Below are positions 25,631 to 35,617 of a stretch of DNA of 64,000 nucleotides, one piece after another. Numbering within the stretch: the first letter of the stretch is position 1; every line of letters begins with the position of its first letter. The stretch is from a virus: positions 32,001 through 96,000 of the IMG/VR virus record IMGVR_UViG_3300017774_005745; one strand, 5' to 3'. The position numbers and the translations under genes are program-made. A model generated the notes under the pieces. The model did not search any database. It was not told where the DNA came from and saw only the letters and a list, made by a program, of their open reading frames with translations.

Positions 25631-27068
25631 TCTCCTTTAGGCGAGTAAACTCTTGGTCGTAAACTGCTTGTACCGACAACGGAAGTTTTTCTGGTGTCTT
25701 TGCTTCGAGCGGCTTAGCAATTTCAAAGGTGTACTTCCACTCTTTGAGCGTGCGCTTGATGGACGCACATAGCTTCTTGAGAGGGGGAATGAACCAGTCC
25801 TCGAATACGGTCATCTCTGGTGCCTTCTTTCCCTCCCGTGCTCGCTGGATTCTCCCCATGGATTGCTGCAGCGTCGTTCTAGACTTGTATGGGGTGAGCC
25901 AGAACAACGTATCGAGCCGGTCGTCATCTACACCAACCGACCCGAGACGGGCAATCGCAAAACATATCTGGCTATTCCGTAGAGCGTCAGTCCTCAGTTC
26001 CCGCTCTGTCTCCGAGATAATGAGAGCAGAGCCTGGGAACATCTTGTGAAAGAGTCTGAGCTGTGCCTTCGAGTGAGACAGGCAGAGAATCTTCCGTCCA
26101 GAGTCCAGCGCTCTCTTGATAAGCCAATACCTGAACGTGTTTCCGACCAGGTCCTTTCCGAGCTCTGACCGAAGCTTTGACACATTAGTCATTCCATTGA
26201 CCTGTACAGAGGCAAGGTCGATGTGAACTGGAGTCTGTTGGAACGTTACCTTCGGAACCAAGTCTTGTGAGAGGTCAGAGTAGAAGGGTTCACCGATGTG
26301 GTATCGGTAGATAGGGTCGAGGCCGTCTTCTCTTTTGACTGTGGCAGTGAGTCCGATTCTGTCTCCATAGAAAGGAGCCGCTGTCAGACTGAACATCGGA
26401 GCGCCGATTTGATGGACCTCGTCGTAGATGATTTGACCGAAGTACCTAAAGACCTCCTCAGGTACCTTTCCGTCCCGAATCTTCAAGGCCAGAGTCGTCA
26501 CAAGGGCTAAGGTAATAGGCCTTTTCCAATCGAAGGTCTGCCCTTGGATGAGTCCCATCTCTCCCTGGAACCTCAATCCAGGAGGAGTCTCTCCTGAGCC
26601 GTACACTGAGCGTTGCCATTGGTCTAGGATTCCACCATCCGGCACAATGACCAACGTCGGGACCTGCCTCTGGCTAATCTTCTTGAGAGCGAGCTTGGTC
26701 TTTCCTTTGCCGCACCCAAGATTCAGAATCCCGTTGTCGAACAACGAGAGGGCTGCCCAGGCCCTCTCTTGCTCGGCATTTCTCGGTACCACCAGGTCCT
26801 CGAACACGACCTTCTCGAATTCCATTCGGACGTCGATGAAGGGGAACGAGTACTTTGGATACTCTGATGGATTTAAGAACTCACGTGGGCAGATGATGTG
26901 ATTCTTAGTCTCAGACCAGAGTCTATGTGTCTCTTGCTTTCCCTGAACAACAACAGTGAATTCAAGAGCTCGTTTCACTGGCCCCACACGCACCTCTGAC
27001 TTGGGGAGCCAGAGGTGGTTGGAGATGTACGCCTTGCCAGGTTCTTTCTTCGCGAACTCCAGAATCAT
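25602..27068 (-). CDS. Superfamily 2 DNA helicase (UvsW/XPB-like)
   Basis: LGCGKGKT; IIYDEVH; GLTAT; QSMGRIQR. Confidence 0.9.
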   Translation of the reverse strand: MILEFAKKEPGKAYISNHLWLPKSEVRVGPVKRALEFTVVVQGKQETHRLWSETKNHIICPREFLNPSEYPKYSFPFIDVRMEFEKVVFEDLVVPRNAEQERAWAALSLFDNGILNLGCGKGKTKLALKKISQRQVPTLVIVPDGGILDQWQRSVYGSGETPPGLRFQGEMGLIQGQTFDWKRPITLALVTTLALKIRDGKVPEEVFRYFGQIIYDEVHQIGAPMFSLTAAPFYGDRIGLTATVKREDGLDPIYRYHIGEPFYSDLSQDLVPKVTFQQTPVHIDLASVQVNGMTNVSKLRSELGKDLVGNTFRYWLIKRALDSGRKILCLSHSKAQLRLFHKMFPGSALIISETERELRTDALRNSQICFAIARLGSVGVDDDRLDTLFWLTPYKSRTTLQQSMGRIQRAREGKKAPEMTVFEDWFIPPLKKLCASIKRTLKEWKYTFEIAKPLEAKTPEKLPLSVQAVYDQEFTRLKEIEDEEDDVD

Positions 27069-27076
27069 GTTATCTC

Positions 27077-27640
27077 CTACTTTTCTTGGTCTTGGTCATC
27101 TCTTCGAGGGGCCCACACAAACTGACGAACACCCAGGAACAGCTCACCAATTGCCGACTCAAGACCTGCGAGAGCCATATTCTTAGCAACTCGTGTGGCG
27201 AATGTCTCGCTTGGGAACTGCGGTCTCATGATACTTGGAGTAGCCTTGATTGTAGTGAACATCGGGTCTTGAAACTGCCCGAACCTATCGCTGAATTGCC
27301 CCACCTGCGGTACTTGAACAACAGGCTTTGCCGCTTGAGGCGCTGCTGGTGTTATCTTGACGAACTGCTGTTGCGGCACAGGAGCTGACTGCACTGCCAT
27401 TGGTTGCGGAACTGTGTATGCTGCGGGAGCTTGGTACTGGTGGAAGAAGCTCCCCACTCCGGTAGGGGCTGGGGTAACAACAGAGGGCCTGGACTTCAGA
27501 ACCTGGTCCCTGCAGGTGTTTTGAAAGCCACACGCTCTGCATTCTCGGTCTTCGTTGTCGTACTTCGATGTCCCCCAACACGGAGGCTTTGGACCTAAAA
27601 GATTGACACTCTTTGATGGGTCTCCGTATGAAAACGCCAA
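27077..27640 (-). CDS. Hypothetical protein with N-terminal Cys motif; first gene of the replication block
   Basis: TTG start with GGAGGAG RBS; PPCWG...ECRACGFQNTC; P/Q-rich middle. Confidence 0.75.
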   Translation of the reverse strand: MAFSYGDPSKSVNLLGPKPPCWGTSKYDNEDRECRACGFQNTCRDQVLKSRPSVVTPAPTGVGSFFHQYQAPAAYTVPQPMAVQSAPVPQQQFVKITPAAPQAAKPVVQVPQVGQFSDRFGQFQDPMFTTIKATPSIMRPQFPSETFATRVAKNMALAGLESAIGELFLGVRQFVWAPRRDDQDQEK

Positions 27641-27679
27641 ATGTGCTCCTCCGACTGGTAACGGGTCACTGCTATTACT

Positions 27680-27706
27680 CTTATGCCCTCATTTTTCAAA
27701 GACTTG
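27680..27706 (-). promoter_or_regulatory. Putative phage promoter, MAARW-N14-GGNATAAG class
   Basis: Minus strand CAAGT-CTTTGAAAAATGAG-GGCATAAG in the divergent intergenic region. Confidence 0.55.
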
Positions 27707-27719
27707 TTCGCGTCTTTTA

Positions 27720-27749
27720 TTGACCTACAGTAGATAGAGGACTTACACT
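27720..27749 (+). promoter_or_regulatory. Possible sigma70-like promoter
   Basis: TTGACC-N18-TACACT upstream of ATG 27792. Confidence 0.35.
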
Positions 27750-27791
27750 CTTTGCAGGGAATTCTGCCCATTGATGTTCAAGGAGATTTAA

Positions 27792-29630
27792 ATGCGTACA
27801 GCTGGCGTTATTTTCGACTTCTACGACGATGTTTCGGGTTCCCTCCTCAAGAAAGCGTGCCCAACTGCGGCAGACCTTCCTGAGATTGTGAAAGAAGCCC
27901 ATATCCTCAGCCCAGAGGAGCACGAGGTTCTTCGTGACGAGGCATACGCTCTCACGATGGTGAACAACGGAACGCCTCTTCGGAAGTTCGCCTGCGTTGA
28001 CGCCGGGAACACTGCCCTCTCTGTTCTCTACTTCTCCGACACGGCCGACCTTCTGCCTCACGCCGCAGTGAAGGTAGCTGCCGCAAACCTTGTCGAAGCG
28101 TGCGAAGACTTCGAGCTTCCAGTTCCAGGTTGGCTCAAGACCGCAGCGAAGACGGGAATGTCAAAGACCCGCAATCCATCAAAGCAACCTCAGCAGAGCG
28201 ATGATGTTGAGTGGAGCCAGAGAACGAATCTCAACAGCGTCCAAGGCGGAGCGGACTCAGGTCGAGTCATCCCCACCGCCAGCCAGATGAAGACGGCACA
28301 AGACCATGCTTTTAGCCATATGGCTCGTGTGAAGGGCGCAAAGAAGAAAGACGTCAACCTCGACAGTTTCCACAAGCTGAATCCAGAGGCCAAGCCAAAA
28401 GAGAAGAAGGCTGTGTCGGGGGAGTGGATTCGCGACTTGACGAGGAGTGGAGCTCAGGCTGCTCACGCAGCAGGGAATGCAAGCAAAGTATCTAACTTTG
28501 CGGCCCGCAACTCTATGGCTGGTATGAAGCCAGCAGGAAAGGCGCTGACGTTTGCTCAAAATCAGAAACATCAAGTAGCGGCGAACGCGGCTAACAGTGT
28601 CTCCTCCAAGATGGCCTCAGCCGAGACAACCGAGAAGTTGGCTCTGAGTCCTGGTATGGTTAATTCTCTTGCTCAGTCAGGAGCGCGTAAGAACCCTCTC
28701 AAGGGATTCCAGTTCATGAATCGAATGAATGCCAAGTCAAACGCTCTCTACGACACCGCAAAGAAACTCCCACAAGGGACAGGGGCCCGATCAAAAGTAC
28801 TAGATAGGGCATACAATGCTCGTGAAGGGGCTCTTGGCGCAGAGACCGGGTACAAGGCAAACAGACCTTCCGCTGGCATGAAGAGTGACGCTCGGATAAA
28901 CGCAGAGGTTAAGTACAACCCACAGGGCAAGTACGCGTCCGTCGTAGACGTCTCAGAAGCACAAGAGCAGGTGCTCGTGAAGAGAGCATCGGCTGAGCTC
29001 ACTGCACTTGGTGGGAAGTACCCTCTCGATTCCATGGCTGATGTTCAGAAGGCCGCCGAGTACTTCGAAACGAACTACAAAGAGATGGAGCCAGTCGAGG
29101 CTCATATCTTTGCTGTGAAGACTGCGGCACGTGCTGAAGAGATTGGTGTTCCGACCTCTCACACTCTTCAGAGATACGGTTCCATCGAGTACGCCATTGA
29201 CGTCGATGCACATATGGCCAATCGACTGGCCGTCACGCCACTTGAGTACAGAGAAGTGTACCAAGAGCTTCGCGAGAAGCGCGCCTCAATCGAGCCAGAG
29301 ACATTCGCAAACCTCCTCGCAGAGGCAGACGAAATCTCAGGGCTTCGTTGGGTGTGGGGTGGTGATGTCGCTGACCCCTACTACGCAACCTTCGGTAAGC
29401 AGGCAAATGCGTGGTCCTGGACCGGACGCACTGGAGATTTTACTACCGAAGAAGAGTTGAAGTGGCTTGCAAAGAACGGTAGACCTCTCGTCCACAAGCA
29501 CTTCTCAAGTGAGTTCACGGATTCGTTCATCAAGGACCCGATTACTATCTTTGAGTCCATGCCGGACGACTCGAAGGTCATCCTCTCTCGTCTTGCAAGC
29601 GGTCGCTTTGATGCGATGAATGCGAACTAA
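27792..29630 (+). CDS. Putative head/internal protein with K-x-A-delimited modules
   Basis: 612 aa, AAGGAG RBS; KVAA, KTAA, KTAQ, KKAV, KMAS, KLAL, KYAS and KRAS motifs bracket basic low-complexity inserts. Confidence 0.55.
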   Translation: MRTAGVIFDFYDDVSGSLLKKACPTAADLPEIVKEAHILSPEEHEVLRDEAYALTMVNNGTPLRKFACVDAGNTALSVLYFSDTADLLPHAAVKVAAANLVEACEDFELPVPGWLKTAAKTGMSKTRNPSKQPQQSDDVEWSQRTNLNSVQGGADSGRVIPTASQMKTAQDHAFSHMARVKGAKKKDVNLDSFHKLNPEAKPKEKKAVSGEWIRDLTRSGAQAAHAAGNASKVSNFAARNSMAGMKPAGKALTFAQNQKHQVAANAANSVSSKMASAETTEKLALSPGMVNSLAQSGARKNPLKGFQFMNRMNAKSNALYDTAKKLPQGTGARSKVLDRAYNAREGALGAETGYKANRPSAGMKSDARINAEVKYNPQGKYASVVDVSEAQEQVLVKRASAELTALGGKYPLDSMADVQKAAEYFETNYKEMEPVEAHIFAVKTAARAEEIGVPTSHTLQRYGSIEYAIDVDAHMANRLAVTPLEYREVYQELREKRASIEPETFANLLAEADEISGLRWVWGGDVADPYYATFGKQANAWSWTGRTGDFTTEEELKWLAKNGRPLVHKHFSSEFTDSFIKDPITIFESMPDDSKVILSRLASGRFDAMNAN

Positions 29631-29639
29631 GGAACGACA

Positions 29640-30170
29640 ATGACAACTAGAATCCACGTTGGTTCTTTCTTCGACGAGCTTGAGAAGATCTCCTCCGCAG
29701 GCCTGGAACTCGCAGGTCTTGGTGTTCTGGCCGCCCCGAGCGTTAAGACACTGATGGATCCTTCGGCAAAGAAGAAGGAGAAGAGCCACGCGAAGTTTGA
29801 AACTGCAGGACTCGGTCTTCTTGCAGCCCACCCTGCGTACGAGATTGGAAAGAAGCTGCTGACTAAGAAGGCAGCTACCGTCTCAAACCCAGCGATGATG
29901 CGTAATCACATGCTGGTCGATTCACAGAAAGCTGCCATCAAGGCACCTGCACAGGCCGCCCCAGCGTTGATGAAGAAAGACCCATCTCATTACTCAGACT
30001 TCACCCCTTCTGCATCTGTGGGACATCAGCCGGTCCAGAAGGCAGCTCCCGCCCCGATGAAGAGCACAAGGGCACTTCCTTCTGCTGGTCCTGTCATGAG
30101 CGCAGCACGCCCCGCAGCCAAGGCTACTGGCGTGATGGCTCGAATCGCTAACACGTTCCGGAAGGCGTAA
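29640..30170 (+). CDS. Basic Ala/Lys-rich putative internal virion protein
   Basis: N-terminal FFDELEKISS motif; AAGGA RBS. Confidence 0.5.
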   Translation: MTTRIHVGSFFDELEKISSAGLELAGLGVLAAPSVKTLMDPSAKKKEKSHAKFETAGLGLLAAHPAYEIGKKLLTKKAATVSNPAMMRNHMLVDSQKAAIKAPAQAAPALMKKDPSHYSDFTPSASVGHQPVQKAAPAPMKSTRALPSAGPVMSAARPAAKATGVMARIANTFRKA

Positions 30171-31105
30171 TGAAGAGTCCAGAACTAGAACTGTACGAGC
30201 GTCTTCGGGGTGCTGAGGCTAAGAAGCCAACGGCACCTTCGGAGGGGTCTGCCATGGAGAAGGAACTCAGGAAAGAGAATCCAGACGTCTCGACTCCACT
30301 TACAGTTCGAAACATCTTCACTCACTTCGATACGCATCCAGTAGTCCTGGACCTGGCACTCCTCAAGGCGTTTGGGGTTGATTGGTTCTCTTGGGATTCT
30401 TCTACACTGTACCAAGAGATTCAGCGTGTGTTCTTGTCTCAAATCTCAGAACACGCACGTGCGAAGATTCAAGCAATCAAGACTCTCCACGTCTCAGATA
30501 AGCCGTGGACGAGTTGGCAGGTCTTCGAGAAGGTCATTCAAGCTCTGAATAGCAGCATCCCTCGCTGGGAGTTCATGCAGGCTCCCTCGCTGGACCAGCT
30601 CTTTGCAGGGATTGATATCATGACCTCTATTCGTCCGGAGATTTTCGACGACGAAGTGAAGGCGTATATCGCAGCCGCTGTGTTGAACGAGGATGTCTTC
30701 TTCGTTCCCCCGCCCCTGGATTTTGCTCAGGTAGAAGTAAGTCACCCGAGGTACGTGTGTCTAGATTGTGGGAGCGAGGACTCTGCTCTCTTTCATGACG
30801 GAATCTGCGACACATGCTCCCAACGCTTTGACCCAGAGAACGGCTTCTCTTTCCAACCAGACCCAGACCTCATCCGAGACGGCAAAGGAAAGAACGTCAA
30901 GCTGGTTCTTCAGTTCGACCCGGACCCTATTGAGACTCGTTGGAATGAAGTAAAGGATACTCCAACGAAAGATGTAGACCTCCAAGAGACCCAGGTAGAC
31001 GTTCAAGTCGCAAAGCTTCTGCTCTCTCGCGACTACATGAACATCCGACGCAGACAACTCTCAGAGCAGCTTGTTGCTCTCAAGTCTTGGCTAGGGACCG
31101 TATGA
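30170..31105 (+). CDS. Hypothetical protein with zinc ribbon
   Basis: 311 aa; CLDCG...ICDTC; TAATG coupling. Confidence 0.75.
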   Translation: MKSPELELYERLRGAEAKKPTAPSEGSAMEKELRKENPDVSTPLTVRNIFTHFDTHPVVLDLALLKAFGVDWFSWDSSTLYQEIQRVFLSQISEHARAKIQAIKTLHVSDKPWTSWQVFEKVIQALNSSIPRWEFMQAPSLDQLFAGIDIMTSIRPEIFDDEVKAYIAAAVLNEDVFFVPPPLDFAQVEVSHPRYVCLDCGSEDSALFHDGICDTCSQRFDPENGFSFQPDPDLIRDGKGKNVKLVLQFDPDPIETRWNEVKDTPTKDVDLQETQVDVQVAKLLLSRDYMNIRRRQLSEQLVALKSWLGTV

Positions 31106-32085
31106 ACCTCATGACCGTTAGATCGCTCCTTGATGAGCTTGAGAAAATCGCCGTCTCTGAGGAGTGGATTCGACGCCATGCTAGGAGAGGATCCCTACTG
31201 AGACATTCACTCAGTCGCGATGAGCATGGCGCTAGACTCGAAGGAGATCCTTTTGGATCGTATTACAAGACTCTCAAAGGAAAAGAACGGCCCCCTTTTG
31301 CCGGTACGAAGAGTACGTTGAAGGATGACCCACGTACACGTAACAAGAGACAAGCTAAGATAGATGGTACGTGGGAAGGCTTTGATGACTACTCTAGAGG
31401 ACAGAGACTCAAAGAAGTAGGTGGAAAAGAATATAGTAAGCAGAAACCATCTAATAAATCACCACCTACTCAAACAAACTCATCACCGACATCTACTCAA
31501 AAACTTCCTTCTTTTGCTAAAAAACACTGGAAGAAGGGTGTTGCTGGTCTCGCTGCAACCGGCCTTGCTGCTGGTGCCTACGCTCTTCATAAGAAGAGAA
31601 AAAGTAATCGTGAGAAGACGGCAGAGTCCGAAGAGGGAGGTGCTGTGAACTACGTAAAGGGCATCGGAAAGAATCTCAAAGGGGCAGCTAAGGACCTAAC
31701 GCATCCAATCTCAAGGGCTCACCACGAGCTCAGGAGAATGGGACGAGACATCAACTCAGCGATTACTGGGAAGAAGGGTAATAGACAACTCACTCCCATG
31801 CAGAGAGCTGGTAAAATTGGGAACCACGGCCTAACTGCTGCATTTACCGTCCCGGCCGCCGCTGCCGCACTGAAGAAGGATCCCTCTGGACAAACATCCC
31901 GTGCAGAGCGAGTATCAAGATTCGTAGGCTCTACGATTGGAAACCTCGCCACCTCTCGAAGAGGTCTCTCGGGTTCGATTGCGGGAAGCATCGCCGGAGA
32001 CCAAGCAGGAAAGCTGGTCGGTAAGGGAATCAATAAGGTGACTGGTTTCAAGCCCAAGAAGACTGAACAAGAGGCAACTAAGTAA
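31102..32085 (+). CDS. Basic two-module putative internal virion protein
   Basis: LLDELEKIA N-terminal motif; internal EKTA; G/A-rich hydrophobic helices; ATGA overlap with the upstream gene gives start 31102. Confidence 0.55.
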   Translation: MNLMTVRSLLDELEKIAVSEEWIRRHARRGSLLRHSLSRDEHGARLEGDPFGSYYKTLKGKERPPFAGTKSTLKDDPRTRNKRQAKIDGTWEGFDDYSRGQRLKEVGGKEYSKQKPSNKSPPTQTNSSPTSTQKLPSFAKKHWKKGVAGLAATGLAAGAYALHKKRKSNREKTAESEEGGAVNYVKGIGKNLKGAAKDLTHPISRAHHELRRMGRDINSAITGKKGNRQLTPMQRAGKIGNHGLTAAFTVPAAAAALKKDPSGQTSRAERVSRFVGSTIGNLATSRRGLSGSIAGSIAGDQAGKLVGKGINKVTGFKPKKTEQEATK

Positions 32086-34163
32086 TGTCACTCATTGATG
32101 GCGTAAACGGAACCTCTCGATTCTCCGGTCAACGTGGGAGAACAGCCGACGGCTTGTCGAGGAGTGGTGTTCGTTACCCATCTCCCTTCTTCGACATCGG
32201 TCATACGTATCTCCCTCCGTCTCTGAAGGCACTCCTTCGGTGGTGCCGGTACTACTATCTCGTGAACCCGCTCATCAATGCGGTCATTCACAAGATGTCA
32301 GAGTACCCCATTACAGAGATTGTCATCGACGAGAAGGACCCAGCTATCAAGGATAAGTGGGACACTCTCCTCGGTGGTGTTCTTCGCTACAGACCATTTC
32401 AGATTGAGATCGGTCTGGACTACTACACTTACGGAATTTGCTTCGTAACGATTCACTTCCCGTTCGACAAGTTCCTCATTTGCCAATCCTGTAAGCACAA
32501 AGAGAAGGCTTCGAAGATTGCCTACAAGTGGAGAAACCTCGATTACGTTATCGAGTGTCCGAAGTGCAACACCGTCGGACCTGCCAAGGTTCAAGACTTC
32601 TACAAGCGAGACTTGAACGGTATCCGTCTGATGCGGTGGAATCCCGAGTACGTGAACGTCGACCCCGCGTTCGCTGGGGCAAAGCCTGTCTACACCTTCG
32701 AGCTCCCGCTTCAGGTACGAAACGATGTTCTTCTTGGAAAGAAGAGCGTCCTCGATACCATTCCAGACACCTTCATCGAGGCGATGAAGAGAGGGAAGTA
32801 CGTTCGGTTCTCGGACGACAACATCTTCGTCTTCAGAAGACCGATCATCAGCCAGAAGGACTCTGGATGGGGCATGCCGCTTATCATGCCTGTCCTGAAG
32901 GATACTTTCTATCTTCAGATTCTCAGGAAGGCGCAAGAGGCTATTGCACAGGAACACATCGTTCCAATGCGCGTTCTCTTCCCCCAGGGAAACAGCAGCA
33001 CATCTGACCCGTATACAACTATCTCCCTCGACTCATGGAAAGGAAGAATCGAAGGAGAAATCGCGAAGTGGAAGTACGACCCGAACTATATTCCAATTCT
33101 CCCTCTTCCAATCGGGAGTCAAACAATCGGCGGGGACGGTAGAGCGCTGATGCTTCACCAGGAAATGGAAGTCTGGTCGAGGCAAATCGTAGCTGGTATG
33201 GGGGTGCCCCAGGAGTTCGTCTTTGGTGGAATGCAGTACTCAGGAAGCAACGTCTCAATGAGAATGCTTGAGAACATGTTCCTCGGGTACAGAACAGACC
33301 ACGACCTGATGCTGAATCAGTTCACAATCAAGCGTATTGCTGCGTTCATGGGATGGCCTGCAGTGAAGGCCCATATGCGTCGCTTCAAGATGGCCGACGA
33401 CCTGCAACGTTCTGCCTTCTTCTTCCAGCTTAACCAGGGTCAGAAGATCTCTAACCAGACTCTTCTGCAAGAAGTTGATTTCGACCCAACTACGGAAGAT
33501 GCACGTATCAAGGGTGAACTCGATAGGCAGATTGAACTCAATCGCAAGATGCAGGTTGCACAAGCTTCTATTCAGGGCGAGATGCAGTTGGTCCAAGCCC
33601 GGTATCAGAAGCAGGCAACCGAACTGGTTTCTCAGGCTCTCCAAGGCGGAGCACCTGGGGCTCCCCAAGAAGCTGTCAATGCTCAAGCAGGTGCTGGAGT
33701 TGCGTCTGGTGCGCCTCCTGGTGCGCCGGAAGCACCCCAACCTGGAGAGCCACAAGCTCCTGGTCAGCCGGGGACCACAGGTCAAGAGGGCGAGATGCTC
33801 CAAGGACCTCAGGTCAATCCGGGAATGCCCGAAGGGTCTACGGTCTCAGCGGAGAACGCACAACAGGCACCCGCAGAAGGACTGCCCGCAGGAATTGCGA
33901 GCCCTCTCGATATGGGTACTCAGGGTGGAGGATTCAACCTTCTCTATCTCGCTCGAAGGGCAGCCACTACCCTTCAGAAGATGGACGAAGGCTCAAAGAT
34001 GTCTGAGATGAATAGAATGCAGATGACGAGTCCACAGCTCTATAGCTTGGTTCTTCAAATCATTCAGTCTGAGAAGGGTTCTCAAGAGAATCCATTGAGC
34101 GCCACTCAGAGTCCACAGCCGACTCTGAAACCATCGAGACGTCCATCCTCCACTGGTGTGTAA
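32085..34163 (+). CDS. Portal protein
   Basis: YYYLVNPLINAVIHKMSEYPIT, RWNPEYV, GWGMPLIMPVLKD, AGMGVPQEF portal-like blocks; P/Q/G-rich C-tail. Confidence 0.75.
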   Translation: MSLIDGVNGTSRFSGQRGRTADGLSRSGVRYPSPFFDIGHTYLPPSLKALLRWCRYYYLVNPLINAVIHKMSEYPITEIVIDEKDPAIKDKWDTLLGGVLRYRPFQIEIGLDYYTYGICFVTIHFPFDKFLICQSCKHKEKASKIAYKWRNLDYVIECPKCNTVGPAKVQDFYKRDLNGIRLMRWNPEYVNVDPAFAGAKPVYTFELPLQVRNDVLLGKKSVLDTIPDTFIEAMKRGKYVRFSDDNIFVFRRPIISQKDSGWGMPLIMPVLKDTFYLQILRKAQEAIAQEHIVPMRVLFPQGNSSTSDPYTTISLDSWKGRIEGEIAKWKYDPNYIPILPLPIGSQTIGGDGRALMLHQEMEVWSRQIVAGMGVPQEFVFGGMQYSGSNVSMRMLENMFLGYRTDHDLMLNQFTIKRIAAFMGWPAVKAHMRRFKMADDLQRSAFFFQLNQGQKISNQTLLQEVDFDPTTEDARIKGELDRQIELNRKMQVAQASIQGEMQLVQARYQKQATELVSQALQGGAPGAPQEAVNAQAGAGVASGAPPGAPEAPQPGEPQAPGQPGTTGQEGEMLQGPQVNPGMPEGSTVSAENAQQAPAEGLPAGIASPLDMGTQGGGFNLLYLARRAATTLQKMDEGSKMSEMNRMQMTSPQLYSLVLQIIQSEKGSQENPLSATQSPQPTLKPSRRPSSTGV

Positions 34164-34176
34164 GTAGGGAGCTTCA

Positions 34177-34767
34177 ATGGTATCGCCACTCAAAGTAAAG
34201 ATGTTCGTTATCAGCGACCTTGTTCCGATCGCTGTCAATGTCATTACTCTGGGTCTCGCGATTGGAGCTCACCTTACTCCACAAGACCCACCCATCCCTC
34301 TCCCTGGGTGGGTAATTCTGTGGGCCGTCGTAGTTGCCTCATTCGCGATGACGATTGGGATGTTCGTTCAAAGACGGAACCTCTTCAAGCAGTATCGGTT
34401 CGTCTGTGACGGCATCATTGTGGGTTGGGCGTCTGACGAGTACGCAGTGAAGCCAGAGGAGTTTCAAGAACAGCTTCGAGAGCTTCTTGCCATTCTCGCT
34501 ACTGGCTTTCCGAAGGCTGGAGAGGCTCTGTATGGTTGCGCTGTTCTATTCAGGGAGCCGAAGTGGGCTCTGGATACGAGAGCCGGGAAGCTTCAGAACT
34601 TCGTTGCAGGTCTTCAAGATGGGATGTTCCTTCAGGTTGGTTGGAACGCCGACCTCGATAAGACGGCGCTGAAGCATGAGCTCACTCACCGGGTGTTTCA
34701 AGTCCAGGCGGGTGACCCTCCTCAAGATGTAGCGCATAAGAACATGAGCGACCTTGGAATCTTCTGA
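34177..34767 (+). CDS. Membrane-anchored protein with HExxH metallopeptidase-like motif
   Basis: Two N-terminal hydrophobic helices; LKHELTH near the C-terminus. Confidence 0.55.
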   Translation: MVSPLKVKMFVISDLVPIAVNVITLGLAIGAHLTPQDPPIPLPGWVILWAVVVASFAMTIGMFVQRRNLFKQYRFVCDGIIVGWASDEYAVKPEEFQEQLRELLAILATGFPKAGEALYGCAVLFREPKWALDTRAGKLQNFVAGLQDGMFLQVGWNADLDKTALKHELTHRVFQVQAGDPPQDVAHKNMSDLGIF

Positions 34768-34772
34768 AGGCT

Positions 34773-34799
34773 AAAAAACGACTCAACCTACGAGTCGTT
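34773..34799 (-). terminator. Intrinsic terminator of antisense islet 1
   Basis: Stem AACGACTC/GAGTCGTT plus an A-run (U-tract on the minus strand). Confidence 0.7.
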
Positions 34800-35015
34800 C
34801 TCCTTTGGAAAGAAGATACAGAGCTTCTCCAATCTCCCATGAATCTCTCTGAAACGCTCCGAGAGCTCTGACATCTCTTGGACGAGTGCTTTCGGAGCAC
34901 CCTGCATCTGTATCTTCACGAACAGGTTGTACTGCGTTCTCCAGAGGGCAAGAGTGTCCTCCGTGAACCGCTCCATCTCCTCTTTGGAGATGGGCTCGCT
35001 TACATCAATCCCCAT
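34788..35015 (-). CDS. Small helical hypothetical protein
   Basis: MGIDVSEPISKEEMERF...; start chosen by overlap with the upstream stop. Confidence 0.6.
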   Translation of the reverse strand: MGIDVSEPISKEEMERFTEDTLALWRTQYNLFVKIQMQGAPKALVQEMSELSERFREIHGRLEKLCIFFPKENDS

Positions 35016-35400
35016 CGAGCTTCTCCTCACAGACAGAGCAGAGGGCTTCCTGGGACGAGAGTTCGGAATACGAGACTCCGAATACGTCCAGGGTGATTGA
35101 GTCGATGACTGCTTCGACTTCATCGGTGGAATCGATTACATTCAAGGAGAGCCAAGCAATAGAGCACAGCTCGTGAAGAGTGGCCTCTCCTGCCGTGAGC
35201 CTGTCTTCCACAATCATTGGCTGCCCGCTCTTCTTACCTCTCCCAAGCACACCGTGGTCGATGGTTACTGCTCGGTCTCCAATCCAGATAGGTTTGCTAC
35301 AGACTGGGCATATCTTCGAGCTTGGTGGTTTGTACTCCCGTACCTCTTGCGTTTGGGCCTGAGGTTGGATTTGAGCGAGCACATCTTCGTACTTAAACAT
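35005..35400 (-). CDS. Zn-finger-like hypothetical protein
   Basis: CPVC...LHELC...CSVC; AAAGAG RBS before ATG 35400. Confidence 0.65.
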   Translation of the reverse strand: MFKYEDVLAQIQPQAQTQEVREYKPPSSKICPVCSKPIWIGDRAVTIDHGVLGRGKKSGQPMIVEDRLTAGEATLHELCSIAWLSLNVIDSTDEVEAVIDSITLDVFGVSYSELSSQEALCSVCEEKLDGD

Positions 35401-35617
35401 CGTCTCTTTCCCCGTCCGCTCCAATCAAGAATAGAGACCCTTCCTGAGCAGCACATGACATGTGAGAGAACCTCTCTTCTGTTTGGTCGTCGAACTTGGA
35501 TCTCAGTAGCTGGTAAGTGCTTCCATCATCGGAGGTGGCGTATCGGTACGCGGTGAGTCGAATCACAGAGTCGTCTTCTGTGAACTCATCACCGCACACA
35601 CAGCAGGTGAGAGTCAT
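35393..35617 (-). CDS. Small Cys/His-rich hypothetical protein
   Basis: MTLTCCVCGDEF...SHMSC; ATGA-coupled start. Confidence 0.6.
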   Translation of the reverse strand: MTLTCCVCGDEFTEDDSVIRLTAYRYATSDDGSTYQLLRSKFDDQTEERFSHMSCAAQEGSLFLIGADGERDDV

